A stretch of 36,626 nt of DNA, taken from positions 91,154,259 through 91,190,884 of the forward strand of contig NC_068984.1 of NCBI RefSeq assembly GCF_001194135.2, written 5' to 3'. Positions 10,715 through 22,761 of the stretch are shown here, piece by piece. The notes under the pieces are model-generated. The model searched no databases, was not told the DNA's origin, and was given only the letters and a program-made list of their open reading frames with translations. The stretch comes from Octopus bimaculoides (taxonomy: Eukaryota). Position numbers and translations under genes: made by a program. The first letter of the stretch is position 1; every line of letters starts with the position of its first letter.

Positions 10715-11080
10715 TGTTGCTCAATAGAAGTGTGTATGAGTGGATCGAGAAGTTTAAAAGTAGTTGGACAAGCATGACATATGAAGAGGGAGCAGGACAT
10801 CCATTAACCTCCACTACTGACAAGAAGATTCAGCAAGCTCAAGAGATGGTAATGGTGAACTGGTTCACCATTACCATCTCTCAGATCACTGCTCTTTGTT
10901 CTTTGGTGTGCATTGCTAGTAGAGCGGCCATGCTTACACTGTAAAGCTAGAAAGAAAAATGGTGTGAAAAGGCTCAAACTTCGATCATGTGACCACAATA
11001 TACCAACTATAAGCACACATGTACAGAAGGCTGTGTGACAATAATAGGACAAAAGTGCGGATAATTTTTGACTTCTCGTA
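10715..11080. mobile_element. Rearranged mariner (Tc1/mariner) remnant
   Basis: Minus strand: TA + TIR-like CGAGAAGTCAAAAATTATCCGCA (11080-11056) and transposase start MAALLAMHTKEQRAVI* (10931). Plus strand: HTH-like NRSVYEWIEKFKSSWTSMTYEEGAGHPLTSTTDKKIQQAQEMV (about 10720-10860). Confidence 0.7.
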
Positions 11081-11547
11081 TACATAAATTTAATGCACAA
11101 TATATGGATTTATATAATCCAGTGTTAATCACAAAAATAGCTCCTTTAGTGAATCAGGCTACAAACCATTTAGTAAACCAATACATAAAAATGTAATGTA
11201 TAGTCCTATGCAGTTGAAATCCAGTAAATCCAATCAGGGGAAATTATTTCATGATTATATAAAATATGAAGGAAGTCAGGAGGTATAAGATGAATATATT
11301 TATTTCATCAGTTGACATCCATAAGATGATGATTGTTTCGCAGCCAATATCATGGGAAAATGATGTTATTTTAGTGTATAATAAATTTTTTTACATGTCT
11401 ACATTTTATAAATTGCACATACTGTTGTACATTTTACAGTATTTATCCATTATACTGGAGTTGAAAAAATGGGATGTAACCATGATATTCTGATGATCTG
11501 ATGAGCTAACCATCTATACCTGCATTTGTTTCTTTATATTCTGCATA

Positions 11548-11655
<108 letters not shown>

Positions 11656-11742
11656 CGAGAGAAACAGTATTAATACCAAAGGCAATCTTTCTATCCAAGT
11701 TAGCATATATGCTTTGTTAGAATACTGTTATGGTCACCACAA

Positions 11743-11784
11743 CTGACAGGACACTTGATTTCAACATTGTCTCTTCAGTGACAG
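11743..11784 (-). ncRNA. Degenerate hammerhead-ribozyme-like motif
   Basis: CUGUCA-CUGAAGA-GAC aau GUU-GAAA-UCAAGUGUCC-UGUCAG. Stem III is disrupted. Confidence 0.35.
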
Positions 11785-11831
11785 GTACATGCTTGCTGCC
11801 TATCGTTGGCTGGTATGTGGCAAACAGGCCC

Positions 11832-11877
11832 CTGTCACTAAAGAGATGCAGTATATTGAAATCACATGATAGGGCAG
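11832..11877 (+). ncRNA. Hammerhead-like motif, probably inactive (G5A core change)
   Basis: CUGUCA-CUAAAGA-GAU gcaguau AUU-GAAA-UCACAUGAU-A-GGGCAG. Paralog of 12398-12443. Confidence 0.4.
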
Positions 11878-11915
11878 TTCTAGTGTCCATAGCAGACAAT
11901 TCTTGTCTGCTGATG

Positions 11916-11957
<42 letters not shown>

Positions 11958-12118
11958 GTATACTTTATTTAAAAGCAGCAGAAAATATAACAAAGCTGTT
12001 ACTCTGAGTAACAGCTTTTGTTTTCTGTTGCTTTTAAATAAAGTATATTACTCTACCTCTGGTATTAGATGGAGTACTCATTTTTCCACCTTGTTTCACA
12101 TTTATGTGCTTACTCCGG

Positions 12119-12152
<34 letters not shown>

Positions 12153-12397
12153 CTTTTATGCACCATACATCTATATGAGGGGACCTCAAGGTGAATACTG
12201 CAGTAGTTGGCATTCTAACAAAACATCCATGTTAAGCTGGATAGAAAGGTTGCCTTTTGGTCTTAATACTGCTTCTAACACTAATAATTATTTTTTAATA
12301 AGCCTGCTGGCTATTTGCAATGTCACTACCTGAAAAGTCACTGTAATTCTATGTATTGGTGGTCGTGAGATTTGACTTGTATGCAGTGAGTGGGCAT

Positions 12398-12443
12398 CTG
12401 TCACTGAAGAGATGCAGTATATTGAAATCACATGATTTGGCAG
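12398..12443 (+). ncRNA. Minimal type I hammerhead-ribozyme-like motif
   Basis: Stem I CUGUCA/UGGCAG, core CUGAAGA, stem II GAU/AUU, GAAA, near-palindromic stem III AUCACAUGAU and cleavage triplet AUU. Confidence 0.55.
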
Positions 12444-12600
12444 TTCTGGTACCAATAGCAGATGAGTATCGTCTGCTAACAGTATATATACATGTGTGCT
12501 TTTATGCACCATGCATCTAAAAGAAAGGGCCTCTAAAGGTGAATATTACAGTTTTGGGCACTGAAATGAAACATCCATGTTAAGTTGGATGTATATATAT

Positions 12601-13916
12601 ATCATCATCATCATCAATCAACAGCTGTTTTCCATGCTGGCATGGGTTGGATGGTTTAACAGGAGCTGGTTAGGTAGAAGACTGCACCAGGCTTTACTGC
12701 CTGTTTTAGCAGGGTTTTTATGGCTGGATGCCATACCTAACACCCAACCACCTTATAGAGTGAACAGTGCTTTTTATGTGACACCAGGCTGTTTTAGCAT
12801 GGTTTTTACGGCTGGATGCCCTTCTAAATGTCAACCACTTTAAAATGTGGTTGGATGCATTTTATATGGCACCAGCCCTGGCAAGGTAACCAACTTGCAA
12901 AACAAAGATATTTTGAAGCGGGGGTGGGGGTAATGTAGGCGGTTGGCTTGTGTCAGGTGTTGCTGTAGAGGAGGAGCTACATGGTTACCCAGTCAGAGAG
13001 AGAGATAGAGAAAGAAGTGAAAGTGAGATGGTGGTCATATAAATGGAATAGTAGAGTATTGCCAACGGTGCATGAGTAGGGAGTTCTCATGAATGCAAAG
13101 AGTGGGCAGGAATGGAGTGACTGGTGAAGCCTGGGTATATAGATGAGGTAGGGGACAACAGGATAGCAATGATACAGTGGGCAGGACACTTCTAGGACTG
13201 TTTTGCTGAAGTGGGTAGGTCTTCTCAAGAACCTCATATCACCACACATCTTGGTCCATTGTTATCTCCTCTGTGAGACTCAACATCTTGAGATCAGTCC
13301 TCACTCCTTCATCCCATGTCTCCCTCTTCCACAGATGCCATTCACTTTAAGTGATCAGCATTTCTTTATACTGCTGTCTTCATTCATATGCATCACATGT
13401 TCAAACCAACATAGTCCTCTCTTGCATGCTTCATCTGATTCCTCTTATGCCCAACTTCACTACATTTGCATTTTGTCATACATACACACTGATGTTGCAT
13501 ATCCAACACAGCATGCTAGCTTCATTCCTCTGTAGTCTAAGCATGTCTTCTGTATTCAGAGCCCATGTCAAACTACCATGGAGTATAGCCATCCATACAC
13601 AAGCATCATGCAATCTGCCTTTCTCTCTGAGAGAGGCAGTTATTTTGTCGCCAACCGAGGTAATAACTCACTGAACTTCCTTCATCCTATACTTATTCTA
13701 GAAACAATACTTTCAGAACATGCTCCACTATTGCTAATTTGGTCAGCTAGGTAACAGAAACTGTCTACAACCTCAACAGAGTCTCTTGGGCATTTGAGAG
13801 AGTCCAATTCTTGTGTCTCCTTAGTACTTATTGTTCTTACACATCTGCCATATATGAAGACAACTTTTTCTGTCAGTCTACCTGTGATTCCACTGCACAT
13901 CTTATGTGTGCAGTCA
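12601..13916 (-). mobile_element. Old 5'-truncated RTE LINE (RT C-terminus, 3' UTR and GAT tail)
   Basis: HKMCSGITGRLTEKVVFIYGRC...VEVVDSFCYLADQISNSGACSESIVSRISIG. Contiguous with a pyrimidine-rich UTR and the CCAACCCATGCCAGCATGGAAAAC...GATGAT terminus. Confidence 0.85.
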
Positions 13917-14591
13917 AAGCCTTGTGAGTGGATTTGGTAGAAGGAAACTGAAAGAATCTCATTTGATCTGACTTATTTTTGTCTGGAATGTGAATGTTTA
14001 GATTTCAAAACAAAAATCTCTCTGATAGTCATTGAGTTACATAAACAGAGTAATTATGAAGACAAAATGTTTCATTAATCTGCACTGACCTCAGAATAGT
14101 GATGTAGTTTTTTTTTTATTAGAGAGGAAGGGGTGAAAGTGAAAAAGAAAGAGTAAGCCATTTATATTTAATAGGCAGACATAGAGAAAAGAGGGGTGAA
14201 TGTATTCATGTAATAGGAAATTAAAAGGTAATTAGTTAGGAGGAAATAAAAAGAAGGTGTTTATTTCTGAGATTAGTGTAAAATGATACATATGATGATG
14301 CATTAGTAAAATATCATTCACATTCAGTCCTTGTTTTTGTCACCCATTATTTTTTATCTCTTTAGGGCTACCTCAGAACAATTGCCTGGATATTTCATAA
14401 CAGAGGACAGAAAAATTAATTTCTCAAACTGACCTTAACATTTTTTATGAATTTACCATCTTTGGTGGATGTGAGGTACTCAAATAGCACAATATATGAT
14501 CTTAAAGTACAGATAGTTAGATTTTGTCTAGTTTATCTTATATCTGACTTAACAGAGTTTGATGTAATGTAGGTCCACTTTATATAGTTTT

Positions 14592-14987
14592 GGGTTCAGT
14601 TAACCACATGGTTCCAGAATCACTATTACTATATGGCATCTTGGGCAATATTCTATTATTGCATATCACTAGGTTGACCAAAGCCTTGATAATAGATTTG
14701 GTAGATGGAAGCAGAAGACCATCATACATATGTGTGTGTATGTATGTGTTTTGCATCTCTTTGTCTTGAGGGCACATGATAGTTGTAAATGAGCATCACT
14801 GTCATACAAGTGGTGTCATTTATTTCCAATCTGTGAAAACATGTTAAGCCATGGTGAAATATGATTTGCTTGGAAACAGGTTAGGGTTGGCAACAGGAAA
14901 ACATCCTGCCTTGAAAATTTGCTTCAACAATATCTGTCTGACTGATGCAAACATGAAAAAAGTGAATGTTAGAATGGTGCTAATGAT
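14592..14987 (+). mobile_element. Decayed composite SINE (family C head and core, microsatellite, RTE-like tail)
   Basis: Same module order as 29947-30370 (-). Confidence 0.55.
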
Positions 14988-14998
14988 ATGTGTATATA

Positions 14999-15208
14999 CA
15001 AGGGGGTGCTGTAAAGTTCCTAGCTTTAAGGGTATCATGAAAGGTCTGGCTAGAGGCACAACCTTCCAAGTTCTTTTACAGGGCTTAGAAAAACTGAAGG
15101 ACTGCTGCACTAAGTGTGTGAATCTGAGATTGTTGGATAAAATCATAATTAACTGATCCTCCTGTATTTTCTTTTACCCAAAGCCAGGAACTTTACAGCA
15201 CCACTTCA
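14999..15208 (+). mobile_element. Mariner-derived MITE (~210 bp) with ~29-bp imperfect TIRs
   Basis: TA|CAAGGGGGTGCTGTAAAGTTCCTAGCTTT ... AAAGCCAGGAACTTTACAGCACCACTTCA|TG. The interior reads GLEKLKDCCTKCVNLR, resembling a mariner transposase C-terminus. Confidence 0.8.
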
Positions 15209-15529
15209 TGAATGTACACACACACACATGAAAACTCAGACTCTCCTTTGAAAGAGAAGAAAGAGAAACCAGGGCTGGTGAAAATAATAAAAATGAACCC
15301 TAAGGCCTTCTACAGATTTACAATCTACCTTGGTGTGTTCCAAGATAGGATTACTGTTTGAGGAAAAGAGTTCACTGATTGCAGACCTCACGAAGATAAG
15401 CAAATCATTAAGTATGTAATTGCAAAGTGTTTTCGCTTCTCCCTTGGAAAATATGCAAATAAGCAAGCCTGATGAATTCATCAACACCACAGATTCACAC
15501 AAGGAAGAGGCAGCCGTCAGTTACATTGA

Positions 15530-16200
15530 CATAAAAAAGTTGTAATATCAGCCATTGATGAGATGAATTTGAACTCAGTGATAAGCCCTGATGGTTTTCC
15601 AGTTATTCTTTTAAAGACATGCAAGAAATCTCTTGTAAAATTCATTGCAGATACTTTTCCAGATTTTCCTTGTATGTGGCAAATTTCCCAAAATGTTAAA
15701 AAAAGTTATCATATGCTCTATCCATAAGCAGAGCAGATAATAACAGGCTTATCTCTCTGATCTCACATATTAGCAAAATCATAGAATGCATTGTCAGAAT
15801 GAAGCTGATCACATTCGTAGAAGTAAATAGCTTTCTTGCTAACACACAACATGGCTTTCATCCAGGAAGGAACTGCATTATACAGCTACTACAGTATTTT
15901 GACTGGGTTCTGAATCAACAGCTTAACTATTTAAATGTGGATGTGATATATCTCAACTTTGCCAAAGTCTTGAACAAAGTTGATCATGAAATGATTTGTC
16001 ACAAATTGTGAACCTGGTATTGTTGGAAGCTTAGGAGAATGGCTGCATAACTTTGTAAAAGAAAAGAGTTAGACACAGCCAGTGGTGCACTCTCTGAGGA
16101 GACATCAATTCTAAGTTCCCCTGGGAACCACTACTGTTTGTGGTTGCTCTCTGTCATACCATCAGCCACTCTCACCAACTATGCTATATCATGGCAAGAA
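15530..16200 (+). mobile_element. CR1/L2-group LINE reverse transcriptase remnant
   Basis: QHGFHPGRNCIIQLLQYFD...VDVIYLNFAKVLNKVDH, a decayed form of QHGF.GRSC.TQLL...YLDFAKAFDKVDH. Confidence 0.8.
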
Positions 16201-16338
16201 TTGCGAAGAAGGGCAGTTTTATTCAACACACTATTTCATCCAGACTAATTCTGGAGACAGGACTGGGAATGAGTTAAAAATAAACAAACAATAATAGTAA
16301 TAGCAGTGCTTCTGCATTACCACAGTCACTGGTTGAAA

Positions 16339-16373
<35 letters not shown>

Positions 16374-16869
16374 TAGATATATAAATTGTCACCATTGATT
16401 ATTTCTATGTTGGCATGTGTTGCATGACTTGACAGGAGCTGATGAGCTAGAGGATTGTGGCGAATTCCAGTGTCTGTTTTGGCATTGTTTCTATAGCTAG
16501 ATGCCTTTCCTAATACCATCATTTTTTAGTGTCCATGTTTCCATGCTTGCATGGATCAAATGGAATTTGTTGAAGCAAATTTTCTATGGTCAGATGCACT
16601 TCTTGTTGCCAGCACTCACCTATTTCCAAGAAAGGCTAGACATGTTTTTTGGGGAGGTGAGGTGGTGGTGGTGATGGCAGGTCTGGAATGAACAAAATTG
16701 CTAGTATGGTGGGGGAGAGCTGTTCCTTTCAGTTTCTGTTTACCAAATCCACTCACAAGGCTCTTGTTAACCTGGGGCTACACTTACACTAGGTCCTAGA
16801 TACTGCACAGTGAGACAGAACCTGAGACTACATTGTTGGGAAGTAAGTCTCTTAACCTCACAGCCATGC

Positions 16870-17148
16870 CTCTGTGTGTGTGTTTGTGTATATCTATCTG
16901 TCTGTTTGTAATATATACACACATACTTGTGTGGCTGCTCTTCTTTTGACATCATGTTTTGGTTGCAAATGAGCATCACTGTCATACAAAGTTTGTTTCC
17001 AGTCTCCTGTAGCTAAGGGAAAATATTATCTGGCTTGGAAACAGGTGAAGGTTAGTGGTGAGAAAGGCATCCTGTGGAAGAAAATCTGCCTCAATAAATT
17101 CTGTTTGACCCATGCGAGTGAACGTTAAAACAATGATGATGATGATGA
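16870..17148 (+). mobile_element. 3' half of composite SINE with RTE-like (GAT)n terminus
   Basis: AAATGAGCATCACTGTCATACAA...GAAAGGCATCCTGTGGAAGAAAATCTGCC...GTTAAAACAATGATGATG, shared with 14780-14987. Confidence 0.55.
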
Positions 17149-17184
17149 CACACTCGTGCATGTGTGTGTGATCATTATCATATG

Positions 17185-17530
17185 AGAAAGTGCATAGCTC
17201 AGTGATTAGAGCATCAGGCTCACAATCATGAGGTAGTGAGTTCAATACTCAGACTGGGCTGTGTGTTGTGTTCTTGAGCAAGACACTTTATTTAATGTTT
17301 CTCCAGTTCACTCAACTGTAGAAATGAGTTGCATCGTCACTGGTGCTAAACTGTATTGACCTTTGATTTTCCCTTGCATAACATTGGTGGTATGGAGAAG
17401 GACGGCTGGTATGCATGGGTGATTGCTAGTCTTCCATAAACAAACTTGCTCAGACATGTGCCTCAGAGGGGAACTTTCTAGATGCAATCCCATAGCCATT
17501 CATGACCGAAGAGGATCTTTACTCTTTACC
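17185..17530 (+). mobile_element. tRNA-derived SINE with CORE-like domain
   Basis: A-box TAGCTCAGTGATTAGAG, B-box GAGTTCAATAC, then TGTGTTGTGTTCTTGAGCAAGACACTTTA. Confidence 0.7.
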
Positions 17531-17616
17531 TATATATGTGTGTATATACATATGTGTGTGTGCATGTATGTATGTATATATATATATATATTAATGGTAT
17601 TTTTTTATAAGCTTTA

Positions 17617-19305
17617 ATAGACAAGTCAATAGATAGGTACATAGATAATACGGACAGACAAGCACACATACAAACACAAAAGACTAAAATACATAACCAT
17701 ATACACATGCACACTTCATACACACACACAAGGACACCTGGAGACACATCCATACCTAACAGATATTGTTATTATTTACAGAATTGTAAAACTCGACACC
17801 TCTTAACAAAACCATTCACACCGAAATATATATATATATATACACATATATATACATATATATTAACACACCAATTCAATTTCCACTCATTTACTTATTT
17901 ATTTTTTCTAAAATTTTTGTTGCTTCTTACAACCTCTTCAATAATTGTTGACTCTGTCCATTATTGGAAATGTATTCTTTTTGTTTGTTTGTATGCATGT
18001 GTATACACGTATGTATGTATGCATGTGTGTATGCACATATGTATGTGTGTATGTTTGTATGTATATATTCTGCATATGTGTTTGTGTGTGTGTATTTGTG
18101 TGAGTACCTCTGTCTCCTTGTGTGTGCATGTTTGAGTGTGTATGTGTATGGGTTTGTGTGACTATGTATGTGCATCTGTTAGGTATGGATGTGTGTCTCC
18201 ATGTGCCCTTGTGTGTGTATATGAAGTGTGCATGTGTATATGGTTATGTATTTTAGTCTTTTGTGTTTATATGTGTGCTTGTCTGTCCATATTATCTATG
18301 TACCTATCTATTGACTTGTCTATCTGTTTACTTACATATCCATTTGTCTACTTATGTAACTACCTAGACAATCATATAAGTACCTAGACAATTATGACCT
18401 TAGTAGATTCTGCCCCATCAGGTTACAGAGGGGAAGACCACCCGCCATCACCTCGGCAATGAAGAAAAGCACCACCGAGCATTGGAGTGGCTGGACCATA
18501 CCCACCCAGGACCCTGAGAACAACAGTCAGGTGAAAAGAATGATTGCACATGCAATAGGGGATAGCATAAGAACCACCTTGATAAATCACATAGTAAAGT
18601 TTAACAAGAAACTATACATGCAGGCTCAAGGTGCAGCCATTGGTGTCAGTGTGGCTGGAGATGTGGCTGGTCTCCTCATGACCTGGTGGGATAGAAAATT
18701 TAAACAATCCTTTGCTGATCAATCCACAACTGTAGGTATGCAGATGACATTAATATTCTAGTTAGGACAAACTCTAGTAACTGTAGTGTAGAAACTGAGA
18801 GGAGCATAATGGAGAGTAGCCAGCACGTAGCTAACTCCATCCACCATTAGATTACAATTATGTAGAACGTACCCCTTTGAGAATACCACATGCAGCCATG
18901 AGAACTGCATGGTATGTAAGATTAACCCTGGCATTAACTGTAGAACTAGAAATGTAGTCTTCAGTATAAGGTGCATAGAGGGTGCTTGTAAAGACAAGAA
19001 CATGACTTACATTGGTGAGACATCTAGAAGTGTTGTGGAGAAACTAAATGAACATTTGAGACTATATGACAATAAAAAATAGTCCTCTATACTCTACCAA
19101 CATAGAGGCACACTGGGTCAACTTGACATCTGCATTTTATCCAAGCACTCAAAGGACCCAACACTCAGAGAAATACAGGAGTATGTCCTCCTAAATGAAA
19201 CATCCCCCAATACTAATTAGGAGATATACGTAGAAGGTAGTGATACTCCAATATCCAGAGTTTATACTAACACAGGTAGATTTGTTAGTAGGCTGTTACG
19301 TAGAT

Positions 19306-19360
<55 letters not shown>

Positions 19361-19746
19361 AGTAGGTAAATGCATATGTAAGTAAACAGATACATAAGTA
19401 GATAGATAGGTACATGGGTAATACGGATAGACAAGCACACATATACACACATGCATACACAAAAAACTGAAATATGACCATATACACACACAAGGACACA
19501 TATAGAGATACACATCCATACATAACAGACGCATGTACATGCACACACAAGGAGACAAATACATACACACACACACACACATACAAACACAAACATGAAT
19601 ACATGTGTATACACATGCACACACGTGCACAAACAAACAAACAAAAAGAACATAGCTCCGATAATGGACAGAGTTAATGACTATTAAAGAGGTTGTAAGA
19701 AGCAACAAAAATTTTAGAAAAAATAACTAAGTAAATGAGTGGAAAT
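17617..19746 (+). mobile_element. Penelope-like element remnant: RT + GIY-YIG body (about 18396-19260) between inverted, microsatellite-rich repeats
   Basis: RT: YMQAQGAAIGVSVAGDVAGLLMTWWD, then frameshifted YADDI (18737). Endonuclease: CMVC..NCRTRNVVFSIRC..YIGETSR..KLNEHL (YIG at 19008). Segment 17879-18354 is the reverse complement of 19359-19746. Confidence 0.85.
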
Positions 19747-20010
19747 CAAACCTGTGAGTGTGTTAATTAATAAGGCATTAAATCAGAATGACTCTCCCCA
19801 GACACAATAAAACATGCTTCAACACATGAATTCACATAAAGGATCTTGGAAACCAAATATAAAAACGAAATATATGCGTATATATACATACATATATGTT
19901 TGTATGTGTGTGTGTGTATGTATATATACACACACCCATGTAGATAAATGTATATATGTGTGTGTACACACAACTAGGTATGTTGCTTATATTTGTATGT
20001 ACATTGATAT

Positions 20011-20375
20011 ATCATCATCATCATCGTTTAACGTCCGCTTTCCATGCTAGCATGGGTTGGACGATTTGATTGAGGACTGGTGCAACCGGATGGCTACACC
20101 AGGCTCCAATCTAATTTGGCAGAGTTTCTACAGCTGGATGCCCTTCCTAACGCCAACCACTCAGAGAGTGTAGTGGGTGCTTTTACGTGTTACCCGCACG
20201 AAAACGGCCACGCTCGAAATGGTGTCTTTTATGTGCCACCCGCACAAGAGCCAGTCCAGGGGCACTGGCAACGATCTCACTCGAAAACCCTACAAGGTCA
20301 GTCAGGCGATACTGGCAACGGTCACGCTCAGGATGGTACATCTTATGTGCCACCCACACAAGAGCCAGTCCAGGG
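20011..20375 (-). mobile_element. Young RTE 3' end with tandem subunits, ending at a gap
   Basis: About 6 mismatches over ~215 nt against the reverse complement of 22524-22740. Confidence 0.85.
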
Positions 20376-20418
20376 NNNNNNNNNNNNNNNNNNNNNCCAA
20401 AGGTCTCGGTCAGTAGTC

Positions 20419-20776
20419 AGGTGTGCAATGGCCCAGTGGTTAGGGCAGCGGACTCGCGGTCATAGGATCGCGGTTTCGATTCCCAGACTGAGCGTCGTGA
20501 GTGTTTATTGAGCGAAAACACCTAAAGCTCCACGAGGCTCCGGCAGAGTATGGTGGAAAACCCTGCTGTACTCTTACTCCCTGTTTCTGTTGTGCCTGTA
20601 ATTCAAAGGGACAACCTTGTCACACTGTGTCACACTGAATATCCTCGAGAACTACGTTAAGGGTACACGTGTCTGTGGAGTACTCAGCCACTTGCACATT
20701 AATTTCACGAGCAGGCTGTTCCGTTGATCGGATCAACTGGAACCCTCGTCGTAAGCGACGGAGTGCCAACAACAAC
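20419..20776 (+). mobile_element. SINE family B, tail type 2, (AAC)n end
   Basis: TGGCCCAGTGGTTAGGGCAGCGG A-box and GGTTTCGATTCCC B-box. Colinear with 29412-29773. Confidence 0.85.
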
Positions 20777-20966
20777 AGTATTTATCTGATATTCAAATGA
20801 GGTTTGCTAATTTTTCACCCAATACCTCGCTTATTTCTATTTAAAATGTTATTTTGATCATTCCAACGTGTCTCTAAGGCTGTTTTATGCTAGATATCAA
20901 AGTTTCGTAAAAAAATTCCAGTTAATAGAATTATGGGAGGTAATGGGTTAATAAATATATAAGCGA

Positions 20967-21435
20967 TGTATGTATTAAATGTTAATTTAAGGGTTAATAG
21001 TAACTGTTTAATACCTTGCAACTGCTGCGATAATTATTAGCTGGTAATTAAATGATAAATTTGTATTTTTATATACCTTGGGTCTGCCTTCTCATTGTTT
21101 TTTTGTCAAGAGTTTCACCTCCAGCTGTTCATTATGTCAGTCAACACTTGTATACTGACATGAATTAAAAGTGAAACAATATTATAATCTTATCACATTA
21201 GAATTAAAAGTAAAAGAATAGAAATGAAACAATATTATCTTTTGACATGTAATACCGAGTCAGTCTAAAAGATTGCTCTGGACCCACATGAAGCAAGAAG
21301 TTGAACATTTTTTGGGCCCACGACACTCCATGGACCCTAAGTAATGCATGTGTAAAATTTGAATGAAATCGGTTGAGTAGTTCTCAAGTTTTAGGGATTC
21401 ACACATACAGACACGCATTCTCAGTTTTATAAGAA
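20967..21435 (-). mobile_element. Helitron-family 5' non-coding region (diverged copy 1)
   Basis: Minus strand has ...TATAAAACTGAGAATGCGTGTCTGTATGTGTG...AACTACTCAACCGATTTCATTCAAATTTTACAC, a pattern recalled from non-autonomous Helitron-like elements. Shares ~50 bp with 35118-35169, upstream of the Helitron ORF remnant. Confidence 0.55.
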
Positions 21436-21569
21436 TTAACATGTTGACACTCATGGGGTGTGATACTATTACCTTGTAAAATTTGATTTGATTTGGTGGA
21501 GCTGTTTGATATATATAGATTAACCAAATAGAAGCACATGTACAATAATTATTATAGATAAATGTCTTA

Positions 21570-22755
21570 ATCCTAATAAGTAGGAAGGTAGATAAAACAC
21601 AAACCCCTTCAGGTAGATGGCCCTGCTCAGTATGTAGAAAAGGAGTAGGTAGTAACTCTATAAGATGTACCCGGTGCAAGCTATGGACACATAAGAGGTG
21701 CAGCAACATCAAAGGCAGGTTAACTAGCAAGTTAGTTTTTGTTTGTGGCAGATGTTCAGGTGCAATAAAGACTGTAAACAAACAGGAAACAACTTCTATC
21801 TCATTCCAGGGTGAAAAACTAGAGGTAGTCGATAGCTTCCGCTATCTGGGCGACCAAGTTAGTAGTGGGGGTGGGTGCGCTGAAAGTGTAGCTGCTAGAA
21901 TAAGAATAGCCTGGGCAAAGTTTAGAGAGCTCTTACCCCTGCTGGCGACAAAGGGACTCTCACTCAGAGTAAAAGGCNNNNNNNNNNNNNNNNNNNNNNN
22001 NNNNNNNNNNNNNNNNNNNNNNNNNNNNNNNNNNNNNNNNNNNNNNNNNNNNNNNNNNNNNNNNNNNNNNNNNNNNNNNNNNNNNNNNNNNNNNNNNNNN
22101 NNNNNNNNNNNNNNNNNNNNNNNNNNNNNNNNNNNNNNNNNNNNNNNNNNNNNNNNNNNNNNNNNNNNNNNNNNNNNNNNNNNNNNNNNNNNNNNNNNNN
22201 NNNNNNNNNNNNNNNNNNNNNNNNNNNNNNNNNNNNNNNNNNNNNNNNNNNNNNNNNNNNNNNNNNNNNNNNNNNNNNNNNNNNNNNNNNNNNNNNNNNN
22301 NNNNNNNNNNNNNNNNNNNNNNNNNNNNNNNNNNNNNNNNNNNNNNNNNNNNNNNNNNNNNNNNNNNNNNNNNNNNNNNNNNNNNNNNNNNNNNNNNNNN
22401 NNNNNNNNNNNNNNNNNNNNNNNNNNNNNNNNNNNNNNNNNNNNNNNNNNNNNNNNNNNNNNNNNNNNNNNNNNNNNNNNNNNNNNNNNNNNNNNNNNNN
22501 NNNNNNNNNNNNNNNNNNNNNNNATAAAAGATACCATTTCGAGCGTGGCCGTTTTCGTGCAGGTGACACGTAAAAGCACCCACTACACTCTCTGAGTGGT
22601 TGGCGTTAGGAAGGGCATCCAGCTGTAGAAACTCTGCCAAATTAGATTGGAGCCTGGTGTTGCCATCCGGTTTCACCAGTCCTCAGTCAAATCGTCCAAC
22701 CCATGCTAGCATGGAAAGCGGACGTTAAACGATGATGATGATGATGATGATGATG
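21570..22755 (+). mobile_element. Young 5'-truncated RTE LINE: open frame (PHD finger + RT C-terminal region), gap, (GAT)n terminus
   Basis: Stop-free frame 21570-21977: LISRKVDKTQTPSGRWPCSVC...CGRC...LEVVDSFRYLGDQVSSGGGCAESVAARIRIAWAKFRELLPLL. The 3' end follows after 546 N. Confidence 0.85.
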
Positions 22756-22761
22756 AACCAC

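Noticed and set aside
19680-19720. Possible hammerhead relic in the Penelope pLTR (T(T/A)(G/A)AAGAG-GTTG...CAAC-AAAA)
   Set aside because: The core is mutated in both copies and no stem I can be formed.
17526-20050. Many Cys/Val/Tyr/His/Thr-rich ORFs, also at 11506-12333 and 33800-34000
   Set aside because: They are translations of (TG)n, (CA)n and (TA)n microsatellites.
20419-20490. tRNA gene-like sequence, also at 29412 and 17185
   Set aside because: These are SINE heads: A and B boxes without a complete cloverleaf, continuing into repeat bodies.
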